64,000 nucleotides of DNA from Amphiscolops sp. MND2022 (taxonomy: Eukaryota): positions 27,280,001-27,344,000 of the forward strand of contig OZ076418.1 in NCBI GenBank assembly GCA_964187785.1, written 5' to 3'. The translations under genes and the position numbers were made by a program. Position 1 is the stretch's first letter. Every line of letters begins with the position of its first letter. Below the pieces are notes generated by a model that saw nothing but the letters and a program-made list of their open reading frames with translations, did not search any database and was not told the origin of the DNA. Below, piece after piece: positions 60,701 to 64,000 of the stretch.

Positions 60701-63700
60701 GGACAACGAAAGTTATGGTTCACCAGTGAAAGCGGACTGGCGATATTAAATAGCTTGAAACTTTGGAAAAGACAACGCAGTGTGAAAATGACAGGTACAC
60801 CGTGGGAAGGATGTGGCATTCTTCCTGTTTCAGTCTTTCGAACAATTCTCGTAGTGCGGTAAAACAGTTCTTGTCTTTCGAAATTCAACTAGCCAAGAAC
60901 CCAGAACTCAAAGATGCGTAATCAGATACAATCAAGACAGAGAAAAGTCGGGTTTTGTTCGGATACTTGAACCAATTCTACTTCAGGAGACTAGAAGTGA
61001 ACCTCAGTGGTATTTACCCCATCACTCGGTAATCAACCCGAACAAACCTGGAAAAGTAAGGCGCGTCTGCAATGCATCTAGCAAATTCGAAGGACATTCA
61101 TTGAACAAAAGTCTCGTTATTAGACAATCTTATGGGGATCACATTTCGGTTCCGGGAGAAGCCGGTTGGCATGAGTGCAGACATCGAAGCAATGTTTTTG
61201 AAGGTGCAAGTCCCTCCAGAAGATGCAAAATGCCTTCGTTTCGTTTGGCGAGAAAATCAATCACACGACATAACCACGTATGAATACAGTCGGCATATAT
61301 TTGGAGCCAAAGTCTCGCCAACAAGTGCAATGCTTTACAACGTACAGCCACGGATAATGAGGGAGAACTTCCAGTCGTGTCTAAAATTGTGAGGCGAAAT
61401 TTCTATATGCACGATTTTTTGTATTCTGCGGAAAATATTAAGGAAGCTGAATCTTTGAAACAGAACCTGATATCTCTCTTGCAGAAAGGCGGTTTCAAGC
61501 TTTTTAAAGGGCAATCAAACGTGCAAGAACTATGTGAGAAAGACAGTAATGTGGAGAGAGTTACAGCTTTGGGATTGGAATGGAATCTCATCTCGGATGA
61601 TCTTAAATTAAGCCGGGGTTTTGCAGGCAAAGATCATACCATAATCACCCAGAGAGTGATTCTGTCCGTGGCATCCTCCATTTTTGACCCATTGGTACTG
61701 GCGTCGCGTCAACTTTTACGATCCGAATTCGTCCTATTTTACGACGTATTTGGCAGAAGGCATTGAAATCTTGGGACGCAAAAATTCCGCAAGATTTTGC
61801 AAAACAATCAAAATTCCTTACAACAAATTCCAGCGCTGAAGGATTATTCAATAAATCGACATTATGTCTGGGAGCGTGGCAGTAATGTTCAATGTGTTTG
61901 CCGATGCATCAGAAATGACACTTTGTGTTGTCGCCTACTTGAGATTCGAGAAGGATGACAGGGTGAAGTTTCTTCCGTTATCGGGAAAACAAGAGTGGCT
62001 GCTATCAAGACTACTACAATCCCGAAACTGGAACTCCAAGCAGCCAAATGACACTGGCTCCTTTTGACATGCTGTGAAGGATTGCAAGATGAAGGTATAT
62101 AGAACTGACGGCTGCAAAAGGCGTCACAAACGATTGTTGCACCGACCAGAAGAGACCAAAAGCCCTAATACGACGTCAACAGAAGAATCTGTTGAAACCC
62201 ATGCAAGTGTAAGTTTGGACACTTTTGGCATTCTACCCGTTTACGAAGTGAACCTCTCGAACAATGGGAAGTAAGTGAAACTACTAGCGTTAGTTGACAG
62301 TGGATTTAGTCTGTCATCGGTTGATAAGACGTCAGCAGATCAACATAACGTGCAGGAAGTCAACCGCGGTCTAGCTGTTAGCGGAATAAACGGTACTGAA
62401 TGCCACGAAAGTGAGCTTGTCAAAGTCACCATTCATTCAAAATATTACGGAAATGAAAATGGTAAGATGGGTATTCATCAAAATCCTGTCATTTGCCACA
62501 GTTTTTTTGATGCTCGAAGATTGCACAGCCATTACCCTCAACTAACCAAAGTTCCGCCAAACAATTTCAATCTGAAAAGTGTAAAAGCATACCTGGGAAC
62601 AGATTGCTTCTCCTTGACTTGACCCCTAGTATATCAACGTGGACAGCCTTGTGAGCCGTGGGCTGTTTGATGTTCTCTGAGGTGGACAGTCAGTGACCCC
62701 TTGCCGAAAAAGTCTGTGTCCTCACTTACATCAAGTCATAGTTCGGTTCATCAGTCTGCAGATTTCGACTTCAACGAACAAATTAAGTCATGGTGGGACA
62801 ACGAAAGTTATGGTTCACCAGTGAAAGCGGACGGGCGATCCAGATCAGATATTAAATAGCTTGAAACTTTGGAAAAGACAACGCAGTGTGAAAATGACAG
62901 GTACACCGTGGGAATGATGTGGCATTCTTCCTGTTTCAGTCTTTCGAACAATTCTCGTAGTGCGGTAAAACAGTTCTTGTCTTTCGAAATTCGACTAGAC
63001 AAGAACCCAGAACTCAAAGATGCGTAATCAGATACAATCAAGACAGAGAAAAGTCGGGTTTTATTCGGATACTTGAACCAATTCTGCTTCAGGAGACTAG
63101 AAGTGAACATCAGTGGTATTTACCCCATCACTCGGTAATCAACCCGAACAAACCTGGAAAAGTAAGGCGCGTCTGCAATGCAGCTAGCAAATTCGAAGGA
63201 CATTCATTGAACAAAAGTCTCGTTTTTAGACAATCTTATGGGGATCACATTTCGGTTCCGGGAGAAGCCGGTTGGCATGAGCGCAGACATCGAAGCAATG
63301 TTTTTGAAGGTGCAAGTCCCTCCAGAAGATGCAAAATGCCTTCGTTTCGTTTGGCGAGAAAATCAATCACACGTCATATCCACGTATGAATACAGTCGGC
63401 ATTAATTTGGAGCCAAAGTCTCGCCAACAAGTGCAATGCTCTACAACATACAGCCACGGATAATGAGGGAGAATTTCCAGTCGTGTCTAAAATTGTGAGG
63501 CGAAATTTCTATATGCACGACTTTTTGTATTCTGCGTAAAATATTAAGGAAGCTGAATCTTTGAAACAGAACCTGATATCTCTCTTGCAGAAAGGCGGTT
63601 TCAAGCTTTTTAAAGGGCAATCAAACGTGAAAGAACTATGTGAGAAAGACAGTAATGTGGAGAGAGTTACTGCTTTGGGATTGGAATGGAATCTCATCTC

Positions 63701-64000
63701 GGATGATCTTAAACTAAGCCGGGGTTTTGCAGGCAAAGATCATACCATAATCACCCAGAGAGTGATTCTGTCCGTGGCATCCTCCATTTTTGACCCATTG
63801 GGACTGGCGTCGCGTCAACCTTTACGATCCGAATTCGTCCTATTTTACGACGTATTTGGCAGAAGGCATTGAAATCTTGGGACGCAAAAATTCCGCAAGA
63901 TTTTGCAAAACAATCAAAATTCGTTACAACAAATTCCAGCGCTGAAGGATTATTCAATAAATCGACATTATGTCTGGGAGCGTGGCAGTAATATTCAATG
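57773..64000 (+). mobile_element. Decayed BEL/Pao LTR retrotransposon internal region, running off the window
   Basis: PBS tggtgccgcgacccagga (His-like) at 57773. Gag knuckle ICGNTHGIWACDAFK; protease ALVDSGFS; [49 protein letters not shown]; RNase H FADASEM. Many stops. 5' LTR start not resolved (perhaps tgtt at 57570). Confidence 0.9.
59955..64000 (+). repeat. Tandem duplication of ~2.1 kb within the BEL element (59955-62049 repeated from 62050)
   Basis: gacactggctccttttgacatgctgtgaagg restarts at 62050; copies are highly similar, and the second has an 11-nt extra segment near 62835. Confidence 0.95.

Overview
AT-rich, intron-containing eukaryotic (probably invertebrate metazoan) DNA dominated by transposable elements; the species cannot be determined from the sequence. 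Four LTR retrotransposons are present. Gypsy-1 (8832-23823, minus, 15 kb, decayed) carries a ~1,050-codon accessory frame with an SGNH-esterase-like domain, and has a related solo LTR at 5293-6008. Gypsy-2 (24686-30607, plus) is Mag/K02A2.6-like and decayed. Gypsy-3 (35284-50485, plus, 15.2 kb) is nearly intact: its Gag starts inside the LTR, and it carries an antisense, intron-containing gene resembling a catalytically dead hAT transposase with a BED zinc finger. A decayed BEL/Pao element with an internal 2.1-kb tandem duplication runs from ~57770 to the window end. One host gene is recognisable: a minus-strand papain/cathepsin-L-family gene whose catalytic Cys is replaced by Gly; four exons were reconstructed by hand, and Gypsy-3 sits in its 17.3-kb intron. 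Other features are a stefin-like ORF, an unidentified ~3-kb decayed coding tract at the window start, three near-perfect snap-back palindromes (605, 254, 92 bp), a CMC/EnSpm-like non-autonomous element and old interspersed repeats. All alignments, identities and splice models were done by eye; no database searches were run.
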